The notes beneath the pieces are model-generated. The model did not search any database. It was not told where the DNA came from and saw only the letters and a program-made list of their open reading frames with translations. From Blasia pusilla (Eukaryota), in NCBI GenBank assembly GCA_050084515.1, contig CM114271.1:13206001-13270000 (forward strand): a stretch of DNA of 64,000 nucleotides. The letters are read 5' to 3'. Of this stretch, positions 1-12,890 are shown piece by piece; position 1 is the stretch's first letter; every line of letters starts with the position of its first letter. Both the position numbers and the translations under genes were made by a program.

Positions 1-469
1 TACCCAGATCCTCCATGCTAAATGAAAAGCAACTCCTATAACTCCTGAGGAACTGATGTATCCGCCGCGGCTCTCCTCTTGTCAACTTAGGGCCCATATC
101 TAGCTCCCAAGTCTCCATCATGACTACGGTAGGACTCTCCGGTGTAGGTATTGATGGTTGCTATGGTGCAACCCCGTCTTGAACAACAACACTCAACCGC
201 TCTCCTACAGTCAAGTGCAAACTCTGATCTCCTCCACATACAGTGCCCAAAACCATGCTCGATGATGTGGCTATAATCTCCTGGCGTACCTGCAAAACAT
301 CCCAAGAAGTCCAAGGGTGTCTCTCTCGATCTTCCCTAGTGTGTAGATCTCCTCGGGTCTCATTCCTAGCCATTGCCTCCAACGTCTTGGTAGGCATGGG
401 GCTCACCAACACAACCGATGTGATGTGTCGCGATCTCATATGGCGCTGCTCAGCCACTCCCAAGTTGAG

Positions 470-820
470 GATCCATGTCAAGCACTTCAGGTCCATTACC
501 TGACCCAAGACATGGCATCGTGATGCCTCTCACACTGACGGTACTGCCATCACTCCTGTGGGAAATCCCATCGCTCGCTCTCTCTCGTCGGCGTTGGGCT
601 CCACCAACCATTGAACCTGGTCATCCCAAACCAAGCCAGGACCGGCCTCCTTATATGCATAGGAAGACACTCCACTCTTATAGGAAACTCCGAGAGGGAG
701 ACTCACAAACGTGGGCAAGGCTGCCCGTGGCCTGCCTACCCTGTTGACCACAATCAACAATGGTCGATCATCATGCCTCACTGCCTGTGATCAACGACTT
801 GGATGCATAATGGAATCCAA
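470..820 (-). pseudogene. C-terminal remnant (target-recognition region, motifs IX-X) of DNMT3-like methyltransferase
   Basis: RAALPTFVS...VEPNADERERAMGFPTGVMAVPSV...LGQVMDL matches 37940-38270; upstream motifs deleted. Confidence 0.85.
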
Positions 821-949
821 TGCCAAGTGATGGCACTGCTAAATGCTGCTAAGGTCGCCACCTCTCCTGGCCGTCGCTCGATCACTGCATCTGGAAATCG
901 AATGGGTAATGAGCTTAGGCGCCCATCACCTAACTGCCATCCTGGTCTG

Positions 950-1382
950 TAGGACGTTCACTCCTCCCAATAATCCAGGGAAAATCCCATCGGGTATAAC
1001 ACCGCTCCACCAACCAAGACGTCGTAGGACTCTGCATCAATCACTATCGCCTTGGCTCGCACCACGGACTCATCTGTAGGATGTCGCGGTTGAATCCTCA
1101 CCACGACCTCCTATCGGGTGATATACTATGTGGTACTTCGCTCCACCCAAGGATGTCGTCAGATCCGAATGGACAACCCTCCACATCGGCTCTCGTCAAG
1201 CCCAATCCTCTGAATGACGCTTTCCCCAACATCAGGGGTTGCGCTCCTAAATCCAACAAGACGCGCTGCGGACTAAAAGCTCTACCTCCGGGACTCATCA
1301 ATTGGAAGACCTCTCCTCGGTTATCGAGCAACACAACACCAAGAGAAGCTATGGCATGCTCTATCACAGGTCTAGCGGGCAT
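950..1382 (-). pseudogene. Retroelement aspartic protease
   Basis: RVLLDLGAQPLMLGK, same as 36580-36630. Confidence 0.75.
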
Positions 1383-1849
1383 CTCGCAATCCTAGCGACC
1401 ATGACCGCCATGAATCTAACGTGGACGGCCCGACCATCCGCTCCAAGGGCAGATCCATCACCTCCTCTGCAATCATCTCTGAAGGTGATGCAAGAACTGA
1501 AGTGTAGCGGCCAGCCGAAAAGCCTCGGCGGGCGAACCCCCCAATGTCATAACATCGGAAGCAGAAAATTAAGGAGCGCGGAAAACAATTGTGGCCGCCC
1601 CAACAACGTGCTCGACACATGCCCACTCCTGAACAATACGAGTCGTTGCACTTGCTTCTCCCATTGCCCTCCGTGCCTGCATACCAACAATATCACCAAC
1701 TCTCCAGGAACTCTGATCAGGACCCATCAATGGCGTCCTCATTGCCTCGGACAACGTGAAAGACTGAGGAAGCCTAGTCTGTTTCCTCACTTTCCCTCGC
1801 TATGGATCCAACTCTACGGCTGCTCCACGCCTTACAACTGCGGGTGCCT

Positions 1850-3238
1850 CCATTTGGGCAACCCCGCACATCCAACCAAGATCCTCCATATCTGCGGCTG
1901 CTCCATATGATGTCGATGCCACAGATCCGCATCGGTAATCGAATGCCATAGCGGCAACCGCTCCTCGTAGCTTATGTATCCGAGCAGACCATCCCGGCCC
2001 TCACGTCCGGCGTCTCCCTTGACGCTGGCGTCTAGATGGTAGGACTCTAGCTCCTCCACGGAAGCTCCACCACCGTGTCGGGCAACTCCATCTCCTTGTC
2101 CCCCAACTTGACCACTTGATGCACGATCTCTAGGCCCACCCGGACTGGCTACTCGCTCTAGTGCCCTCTCTGGCCCTCGGTTCGGACGTAACTCAGGATG
2201 TCAACTAAAACACCTAGCGCGTGTATGACCATACCTCTGAAAATAGTCCCATTGATAACCTCCTGGTGTAGCACCATCTCCTCCTCCATGCTAAGGCACA
2301 CGTCCATGACCTTGACGAGTGCAATTGCGCTGATGATGCGATCCACCACATGACCAACAAGTAATAGTAGGCGATTCTTCTTTGAGCCACATATGAAGGC
2401 GCAGGTCTCTGTGGCACGGCCTCCTGGTATCCTCCTTGAGCTCATGGTGCCACAGTCGACCTATCTCGGAGTCCACGTTGTTGCACAGGTGGTGCACACA
2501 GTCGCGAAAGCTCTCGCCCAATACCCATGGTGACTATGCTCTCCTCCGCCATATTTCCGTCAATATTCTCGGGGGTCCTAAAAACATCTCTCAACGTAGG
2601 GGAGGTGTTCATAAGAAGCACCCTCTCCACTTTGTGTCCGCAGGTCCGGTTCAAAGATCGCGTACCATGACTGGATAGCCTGAGCCTCTGTCGTCCCCTG
2701 AGTGACGTTGATCAACCAACGCAAGTGAGTGTAAGCCTCACTTCAACTCTCACCCGGACGCCTCTCGAAGTCGTGGATGCTCCGAAACTTCTATGTCCGT
2801 ACCCCTTGGTAGCTGGCCCTCAACTCAGCAAAGAACTCAACCACGGGGTTGAACCTGGGACACCCGACTACACGGTGTAACTGCTCCCGTGCGAGTGACC
2901 CATCCTAAAACGTCACTAGTGGAAGAGGAAGTAGCCTCTCCTCACTCCTTCTCCTCATTTGGGAACGGCTCCATCCATGACATATAATGTGGGTCATAGT
3001 AGAGCCTCCACGCCTCAATCTCACATGCTCATCTCTGAGAGAACTCATGGTAATCATCCGTGGGTGCCCCCTCTAAATGCTCAAATATACCATTCCATAT
3101 TGTAAACGGGTTAAACTCTCTAGAGTTCCTTGCCCGTTGGGAGTCGCACCAGCTCCTAAACTGTGCTATAAAATCGTGCAACTCAATCGTACCTACAGCA
3201 CCTGAAAACCTACGCGGTCCTCTACCCCGGTCGTCCAT
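1850..3238 (-). pseudogene. gag: gag of Gypsy-DNMT copy 1
   Basis: MDDRGRGPRRFSG...ELHDFIAQFRSWCD; zinc knuckle TITCWSCGGSHHQRNC. Confidence 0.85.
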
Positions 3239-5110
3239 CTCGTACGCACAACTCGTAGGACCACTCACAATGTGTGGCGATGTGCTCAAAAATCCTCTAC
3301 ACCCTCCCCCTCGTCTGACGATGACACAGAAAGAGATCGAGGTGGTCCCTCAGGTGGAGACCCTCGGAACCTCACGCCACTCCGCGTAAAACCTCAAGAG
3401 CTACTCTCGTGTTCACCACCTCGCCTCTCAAAGTCCCAAATGGATGCCGTGATGACCCTCGTGCCCCTCTCACCCGATCACTCTCGCCTCGCGAGTTATC
3501 CCTCAATCACTCATCCCAAACATGCAGCACTTGATCTACACTCTCCCTCCCCGAGACGTGTAACGTGCGGCAACAAGCGGCGTGGTGCGGCAAATCAACC
3601 ACGCTATCATCTCATCGAAAACCTGCCCTCAGCTCCGGACATCCCACACAGGTCTATGTCCCCTAAACCACATACATAAATGATGCTCTCAGCATCCACA
3701 CACCCAATATCCCCAAATAAACTACCCAAATCCTAGAATCCCTCACACGTGCAGGGTAAAGGACCATAATGGGTAACGTGAACATATATCGAGATCGCTC
3801 CTCAACAACTGCAAAATTCAACCCCAACTCGGTCTTGGAGATAACTCCTCCAATCAACAAGTCATACTCCTCCTGTACTAAGCTACTCAAAACTCCTCGA
3901 TAGACTATGTGGTTCCAACGGAACGATGCGGAATTGCAGGCCGCACGGAATGACTATGAAGGACATGGCCCTTGATGGTGGGATGCGGCACTCGGCGGCA
4001 TACCCTCCTCAATCAACAATAAACCCACACTCTGCTCCACAATGACGGTGCAGCTTCGCGATCGAGACGTTGCGATGCGGCCACAAGCGGCATAGCGCGG
4101 CAATCGACGGCACGCTGCGGCTACGGGCGTCACGGCACGGTACTGGATCGTCATCAAGCGGCTACCAATCACAACATAGCAGCATGAAATCAAAACTCAA
4201 ACACCATAATCAAAGGTCATCTGCCATCACTGGTTGATGACGAAACTGCGATGAAGGTGGCGGCCAAAACATAGTACGTGGTGGCGACGCAAGTCATAGA
4301 ATCAACGAATGTCATGGAAGATCCTCCACTCCGTAACAGCGGAAATGGCAACCAAAGGGTGGACAACGGACGGTGGACCGTTGATGGTGACGGCCGATCG
4401 GTGAGAGTGACCGTTGACCGTTGATGGTGATGTTGACCGTTGATGGTGACGGTTGACCGTCGATGGTGACGGTTGATCATCGATGGTGAAGGTTGACTGT
4501 CGACGGCAGACTATTGATGGTGACTATGACGGCAACGGCTGCCGCCGCCGTGGCGGCTGATTTAGGGTTTGAACAATTTAACCCTTAAAATCGCCTAGCA
4601 ATGGCAATTTTGCAAGATTGCTCATAACTTTTTTCTCATAATTCCAAATTTCGCACTGTTTATTGCACAACCTGCACAACTTCACGATCTACGACAAAGT
4701 CAAAAATATTTAGAATCGGAAATTCAAGTAAAAATTGACAGGGATTGTCGTTAGGCCCAATATCTCTTTCTCCTATATAAAATTTGGCATCGCTTCCGTG
4801 CTGATTTCTCCCCAAAAAAAATGTAAAACCTATAAAAATACATATCAGCAAGCTACATTGTGCTCCCGAGAGCACTGGCATGGGGCAACCCGCCCCCATA
4901 ATCAATCTCTATCAGAAATTGGGCAACCCTTCCGCTCGCCACTCTTCCACACAAAAAATCAGCAAATGCAAAGAACAATCAAAGTACCCCTTGCTCTGGT
5001 GAGCACTATCATGAGCCGTTGAACAGGGAACACGGTCCCCAATTTGCAAAAATAGCGAGTGACCAGCGAGCTCCCCCATGAAACTCTCTCACTCTCTCAT
5101 TCTCTCTTTG

Positions 5111-5624
5111 TAAAGTAAGATCCAATCTTTCTCTACACCATCTCACACCATAGCTCTCAAAGGTGTGCACTCTCTCTCATGTCAAACCAAACCCACTCTC
5201 TTAATGAAAGGCTTGGGTGAAACTCACAAGGCAAGCAAGACCATAGCTCCGCCGCCTCATGCCAAGAGGTTCAACAAAGAGAGAATGAGCTTTCAAGCTC
5301 TCTCCCTTGGAGGTATATCCCTTCCCTCTCCCAAGCCCTCTCAACGGTAACCTATGCTCGCAGGTCACCTCCTTGGCTATTGACCTATTGTAGCGGGTCA
5401 AGGGACACTTCTTAAAGTGGAAAGTCAACTATCCCTAACATGGAAACTTACCCAAAATAGTAATTTTCTCTATATGGCTCCAAATGAGCCGAAACGAAGG
5501 GGAAACCTTCTCTCTCTGGTTTCCCGGGGCTTGAACATGTCATCCTCGACTTCTTGGGCTTGTCCTCCACTACTCGTGCAAACACTTTGCTAGATCCCAT
5601 TGATCTATCCTAACAGTCGTGACA
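5111..5624 (-). repeat. Terminal repeat A of Gypsy-DNMT copy 1
   Basis: Homologous to 32289-32764 and 41998-42512; not followed by segment B. Confidence 0.88.
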
Positions 5625-7206
5625 GCGGGCATACACTATTTTCCATCCCCAAGTTTGTTGGTGAGAAAGGACAATCACCAAGAGGGTCTCTTCCGCAACC
5701 TCAGAACGCACAATCTGAGCCAGGCACACTACAGGATCAAGAATGTGATGTTCCTTGCATAGAAAATGCAGGTCCACTAGTAGAAGGTCCTGGATTAGAG
5801 GACATTGTCAATAAGGAATTTGTCTCTATTGTAGATATGGAAAGGGTATCAAGTGTAGATCACATGGAGGGTGTAAACCCGAGAATAAAGAGCGGAGTAG
5901 ACCAAGCCATGCACACGGTAAATCTTGGTAGAGTTGTATTGGATCAAAGCGACTCTCATTGCCGTGCTTGGTGCCCTTTATAGTAGTTCAAACTCTGAGG
6001 TCCACAAGGGGCCTTCTCAATAAGCCAAATTTAGCGGTAGTGAACTTGATAGTTAGCCCATGGCACGTTGCCACGACATTCCGGAAAATTCTCTGAATAA
6101 GTCTTGTGAAGGGAACTTGTTGCCTACAAAGCACTGCGATTATCGCAAAGAAGAGGAATCGAAAGTTAAAAGTGACACCAAGTGACAATAATGAGCGTCC
6201 CGGTTCATAGCATATGCGCGCTAGAAGAGTTCCACCACGTCACAAAGTTGCGTCACTGAAGAAGGCATCCTCAAAAACTTTGGCATCCTTGGCACCTAAA
6301 ACAGCAAAGGCTCCACGGTGATCCTTTAGGAGTCAAAGTTAAGTTTTGAAGCTAATGGAATTGCACTCACTCCACCACTGCAATAGTGGTGACGAACAGA
6401 TCTTTTGACATGAAACAATAATTATTGTAGCGGTGCGAGTTCACTTTGCTTGTGTTGTAGATATTTTAAACTTAATACTATCGGTGAATCTTTGTGAACT
6501 CACTAATTCTCACTTAGTTGCAGCGGTTAGGCGGAATAGGAAGTAGTGAACTTTGCAGAGGTTAAGTCTATATTTTGCAAGAGTTCTATTGGGTGATTAT
6601 TGTGAACTCACTAATTCCCAGTTAGTTGCAGCGGTTAGGAAGAATACGAGAATCATAAAACTCACTCATTCATTGTTAGTTCCTGCAAGGCCATAGTTTA
6701 AGGTTGGACATTTAAGACAGTAGGGTAACAAATCACCAATGTTATGTTTTGCAATAGCATTTTGGGGTGGACATATGAACCCTCGGACTATTCACAATGG
6801 AGTCATTTGTAGGACATGTTTTGCTCTATGGTGGTCACTATTCATGTACAAGTATTTTTCCTCCGTATTCTGGTGGTGGGTTCACCCTGGAGGATGCACA
6901 GGGTCTGAGTGTGCAATTTGGTTGGCATCTGGTTTAGGGGCCGGGGTGCTACTTGATTCTACTATGTTTAAAGTGGAAGTGTAGTTGTTTGCTTCATTTC
7001 CTTGTCTGGTTCATGTTTGGCCAACGGTACTTGAGACAACAGACCTCGAGTTGCACTCGGAAGTGGAGTATACTCAGACTTATGCATGGTAAAAATTCTT
7101 TGGCGAAGTATGAATGTTATGCGCATACTCTAAAACAATAAAGGAAACTAAGGTGAGGGTCATGTTTCATTCGCAAGAGTCTGCCCGAATGTTGCAAGGA
7201 TGAATA

Positions 7207-10200
7207 GTGGGTGTTCAAGCCTCATTCATGGACAAACCAAGACTCGATGTCGTAAACCGAATCCTAGCCACGACGAAAATCCCAATGAGGGAATTTTTAT
7301 CGTCGAGTTTGCTCAATTATGATAATCTTATGCCGTGGGATAGGGGCGACACTATGTACATTCCATGGGGAAAGCTTCATGATTTCTTAGAAGGGGAAGG
7401 TCATGGAGACGGGTCTGCAAGCACAAACTTCTGGGTGAAGAATGTCACTGTTCCATATGAGCGGCCCTCGCGGGAAAAAATGACAAAGGTCTGATGAGAG
7501 TACAAAGCTAGGGCTGCAAGTAACGAGGGGTGCTATAGAGTGTATCATTGTAGCTACGGTCTAGAGGATTATATGGGAAATCGCCAAGAAGTCAATATAA
7601 GGTGCGAGTAATTCCCACCCACATTACTTTGACCATTGAAATTTACATACAAAAATACCATATTATTTGTACTCATGCCATTATTTCCACATGCAGGGCA
7701 ATGCGTAGTTATTTTTGTGACTTGGTTGTTTATTGGATACGATAATGATCCAAGCAGAAAAGTCAGTAGGCCTCGACACCATAGGAAGGCTAGGGCTGAA
7801 AGTATAAAGAGGAGTTGTTTGTGCCATTTCACTCTCATGGAGATTCTAGTTCCACATTGCGCAAAGATTAACTACATCCATAGACCACACACAAAAAAAC
7901 TTGGTGAACCTTCTCATAGATTTGATGACATCTTCACCAAGGATGCACCAACTAACCATGCTCCCCGCTTGTCGAATGGCCGGAAGCTTTTAATAATGGA
8001 GCTGATACGCCAAGAGAAGACAAACATTGCGATTGTAAGGGATTTGGGCGAAGAAGTACACCAACGTTTGAAGGCACATTCATCAAAAAACGTTTGCCAA
8101 GATGATTTTGTGCGACTCCAAGATGTCAAAAACTTAAGACAGGATATTACGATGGAATTTTGACTTCGACATAGCAACGAGAATTAGAGCATTGCCAATT
8201 ACGTCACATTGTATCTAGAAGAAGTCTTCTTTTACGAGCCTTACGAAAGCAAGGAGAGTCCACTCTTATTGGGTTTTTGGTCAAATTGGATGGGTTCAAT
8301 GTTGGTGCAACATGGGAATTAGAATATCATTTGCATGGATTCGACATTTGGAACGAACAGGAATAAGGTCCGTTTCATTTTCGCCCTCGGTCCACTTTGT
8401 GACTTGACTAAATTATGTGTCTTAGTAAAAAAAAGTTTTATATATATGTTTGTAGCTTTGAAGGTCTAACATGCCATTCATTGTCACTGCCATGGACAAC
8501 TCCCGTTATGTACCATTAAGGTATATGATAAATTTCACAATGGCATGCCAATATCATGGGTTTTGACAAACTCGTGCAAGGAGTCTGACATTGCACCGTG
8601 GTTGGAGGCAATGAAAACAACAGATGTTAAACACCCTAGAGAAATATGTTCTCAACGCGGCCTACAAATCGAGTCACCATGGTGCCCAAGCTGCATTATG
8701 ACAAATTGCTCAGTAGTAGAGATCAATGCCCTTAGGTAGGTAACCTACTTCTCCTCATTCCCCTTGTTTTTTTTTCCTTGCCAGGAGGTATTTATTTTGT
8801 GCAGAAACACTTATGACACCCGCTCGTTACCTTATGATTACAAGCAAGTGTTTGGGGACATTCCAATCATCCTTTGCTTGTAGCATGTGCAACACGACTG
8901 GCACAAGAATTTGCGTACCAAGGTGTCCGACCGAATCAAACGATGTGAGCTAAGCACTAGATTAGGATATATAATGTACATGAAGGCAACCTCTGATGAA
9001 GTACTACCAAATGGTGGCAATGTAGCAGAGGTAACATTGGCAACAACAATGAAATCCCTAGAAGCTTTGTACGTGGACTTTTTTTATCAGAGACAAGATT
9101 CTTACATTATATAAAAATGACTTGGCAGCGGAAAGAAGGTACATGCACTGTTGCCTTTGCCTCAACAGCTATTTCTCAATATACCCTCTCATAAATTTGA
9201 AAGTACTACTGTTGGATTGTTGATCGTGTGGTGGTTTTGTAGGCATGTGGGTAAAAGGGTTTCGAACATTCAATCATTCAAACATGGATACCAATGCCTC
9301 CATTGTTGCTTATCACAGAAATATGAAATTGGTTATGAGGGAGACAAATAGTCACTTGGCAACTAGGTGTTGTGATTGGTTGATGAATGAGTTGATGCAG
9401 AAAGTGGAATCATTCTACCTCCAACAACTGTTGTGTAAAAATGTTGGTTTCTATAATAATGAACATGAGGAAAAGGTGGTTCGTGCTTCAGAGTTGAAAG
9501 GTAGATGCATTCCGGATGCGGATTGTGACATCTTGTTTTCCACAATGGCTACAATGAAAAGCCAAATGACAATTGGAATTGTATATGACATATACAACTA
9601 CAAATCAGAATATTGTACATGCGATTTCCCTTGGAGTTATAAGAGTAACATATGTAAACATCAAGTGAAGTGTTTGTTGATGTGTGGCTACATTGCAGAA
9701 GATGTTGTCAGGGCACTATGAACAAAGCGAGGAACAATGCAGGGTGGGATGAATGCTTTATTCGTGGAGAAACTAAATCGAGAGGTTCAAGATATGGAGC
9801 GTCAATCACAACCAAAGATTGATGTTGGTGATGCATTCGTAAGCCACGACTATGATCGCGTCAAAAGAGGTGGATCTCAATCTGACGAGGACAACCAAAA
9901 AAATATGGGGGTTGATTCACAGGAACCATACAACAATGACGATTATAGAGGAGATGAAGTGGAGGCAGAGAATGGAGGTATTGGTTTGGCAAATGCACAA
10001 CTCTCAAAATTGCTCTCAAAATTTAGGAACACGTGTGCTGATGATTCTGAACTTCTGTTGCTTGGTGCGAATTTAATGCGGGACTGTGTGGATCGACTAT
10101 CATGGGCTCAAGAGAATAAGCAAAGAGGAATATCATTGACCCAAAATTTGCCACTACAAGAATATACTAAAGGGTTAGCCGGGTCAAGTAACTCTATTAA

Positions 10201-10333
10201 ACGAACAACGTCGCTGGTTGAGCGGTTTCATCAGAGAGCTAAGAGAAATTCCTCTAAATTCGATATAGCCCTAGTGATAGTGCCCAAATTTCCCATAGCG
10301 CCAAAAAGACACAGACTTACTATGCAAAAATAG
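7207..10333 (+). pseudogene. Mutator-like (MULE) transposase with SWIM zinc finger, intron-containing, decayed
   Basis: YHCSYGLEDY, KRSCLCHF, HAPRLS, CMDSTFGTN (first catalytic D), YDKFHNGMPISWVL, LCL*HV, DTNASIVAYH, SWIM-like CTCDFPW...ICKH. Confidence 0.85.
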
Positions 10334-11399
10334 TTGGAGAGTAAGGGAGGTGTTCAACCCAATTGACATAATGCCAATTTAAGCTTTACCACCAACAATG
10401 AGTTGGGAATTTCAATGTCACAAAGGCAAAGACACCGGAAAAAAAAAAATGGCAGCAAACACATGGAGTTCATAGTTGACGTTAGTGATGGAATTATCCA
10501 GACTTGTGAAGACTCTTGAAGTACGAAAAATAAACTATTCTTCTAGAACATATGAACGAGGAGCATGGGGGTTGTATTACTAAAGGAAATTTTCTATTAT
10601 GTACCTTATAAGACTAAACTACCCTATTTTGTTGAGATCTTCCGCTATCCTTGAATAATTATTCGGTGTGAGAAGTATGTGTTCCAGGAGTTCTTGCATG
10701 CATGATCATGTCTTATTAAGGCATTTTCCAGATTTGAATGCAACTCTGTCAGAGAAGTTCCATGATTGATATCTCTAACATGGAAGCATGCAGCACTGCC
10801 TTGATTTTGGCCCTGATTTGCGCCTGGTCATGAATGATTACCTGTAACTTGAATGATTACATGTAAAACCTTGGAATGTGCGAAATGTAAGCTTGATGTG
10901 GCTATCGTTGCCTTTCGCCATACAGGTGTATCCATACGGGACTATAACGGGGAGGGGAGCTCGGTGTGAAAGTATACACTTACTCTAAAGTGACAGGCAT
11001 GCACTAGCATAAGAGCACTACATTAGGAAATGGAAATATGCCTTTTTATATTATGATTCTTAATTGGTATACGGACATTTATCCAATTTCGGTGAAATAA
11101 AGAGCAATCCATTGGGGCTCTACTTTTGTATATTTTTTTTAGCACAAAACAGACATTTGTTTTATTTCTATGAAATAAAGTCTTCTCCAATTACACTCTC
11201 CATTCCTTACTTCTATTGGCCCTCTGCAATGGTTGTGTCAATTTTTAGGTGCTAGTGTTTGGGGCAGTTTCATTTTTTTTCCAGAGTTGTATTACATTTC
11301 AACCTTTCCGTTGAGTGAATCCCATGCTCGTTACTTGTATAAGAGACTTGGCGTCCTTAAGATGGTTGTATTTTTTCTTTTTTCAATTTGATTGTGGTC

Positions 11400-12890
11400 T
11401 CCGAATGAGCAAGAGTTGGGTTCAAAATTTTTGGGCAAGCTATGGCATTGTACGGTAGTTCCGATACCGTCGTTTCTCTTCTTCTAACAGGTGCATCAGG
11501 AGATTGCAGATATGCCAAATTGTGGAAGGACGTTTGTGATTGTAAACACCCGGTCCTTCGGGCATCTTTCTGAATGTGCTTTTGTTTCTATACAAGGATG
11601 TTCTCTTTTGGAGCATACCCGGCATTGTGCAACGCAAGGCCGGGTATGCTCTCTCCACTTTGTGTCAACCTGCTACAATTACTTGTCTCTTTCTTGAACA
11701 TCGCGTGTTTCTTGCTCATGCTATGAATTCTCTTCTGTGAATTCCGCAGTTATGTACGTCACTCCATTTGTCCTCTCTTACAAAACATGAATCAATTTGT
11801 CCCAATCCTGAAAGTATTCTAGTGAATCAGTCCCAATGCCGCGAGAATCACCATCGGTTTTGCATGCACTTCATAGATCCCTACTCGACGAGCATTTGTA
11901 AGCCACACAACCATCTGCTCAAGAGGGTATTCATGGTAACATGGGACTATACAGAGACATGGGAACTTAAAGCCAAGAAACCAACTTACATTCATGTGGT
12001 TTCACATCACACTATGTAGCACAAAAAGGCAATATAGAGATGGCAATACAAAAACAGAAGGGAAGCAATACGATAGCGAAAGAGTGCAAAAGTTAAATGG
12101 GAAGCATCTCTGGAAGAACACACGTGTTGTCGCCATCACTTCAGAGGCAATACAGAGGCGGAAATACGAAAACAGAAGCGAAGCAACACACAAGAAGAAG
12201 GGCTCAAAAGTTGAATTAAGTATTTCTTGCAGAACACACATGAATATTGTCATCAGTTCAAAAAATAACTAGTGAGTACCACACCCATATGCAGGCTGCA
12301 GCTGCAGATTTCCTACAACTCTTCCACAGTGAGGGCATTGTGACAGATCATGTAAGTTCTCTTTTGATGAATGCCATTGTCTCCGCCTTCACCTTTGAGG
12401 ATTAAATAACATCTTAAATGCCTTTCATGGGTTTGCTTAAGCTCATGGAGATTTTTGGACAACTCTGCAAGCTCGGATAATGGCTCCTTGTCTAGTATCA
12501 TAGTAACGTCTTCATCTTCGGTAGCGAGTACATCAAATGCAACAGGTCTTGTATGACACTAAGAGAGGACACTAAGGTGTTATAAAGATTGTAAATGCAA
12601 ACACTCGTCAAGTAATAAGCATCTTGCTCTTCACTCCATTTTAACAATCGATCGCTTTCCCTCGGATAAGGGCTATATGTGCATCTTTTCCAAGTGATGT
12701 AGTTCTCATATTCTGCCAAAAGCTTAAAGGAGCCCTTATGAGTCCTTCTACATCTTGAGAATGAAGAATTGATCCTGTTGAAAGCAAGAGCAGCAAGCGC
12801 GGCAGTTTTCGGAGGCAACTGAAATGGCGGATGCGGATCACTTTCTCCATCATTGGTGATAGAGGACCTGTCAAAATTCTCCATGTTCAC
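11400..12890 (-). pseudogene. Unidentified decayed coding sequence convergent with the MULE transposase
   Basis: Protein-like frames 12313-12885 (MENFDRSS...CHNALTVEEL) and further pieces at 11440-11935; no recognisable domain. Confidence 0.3.

Larger units (their letters stand above)
1..5624 (-). mobile_element. Gypsy-DNMT retrotransposon copy 1 (5' part; RT onward runs off the window start)
   Basis: Reverse complement is colinear with 32289-~38730: terminus TGTCACG at 5624, repeat A, long UTR, gag, protease, DNMT C-terminus, linker; many stops and frameshifts. Confidence 0.93.

Noticed and set aside
5600-5983. 127-aa ORF
   Set aside because: Starts inside the TE terminus, no recognisable motif
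7108-7130. Possible left TIR matching 13410-13430
   Set aside because: Only a short partial match, no TSD
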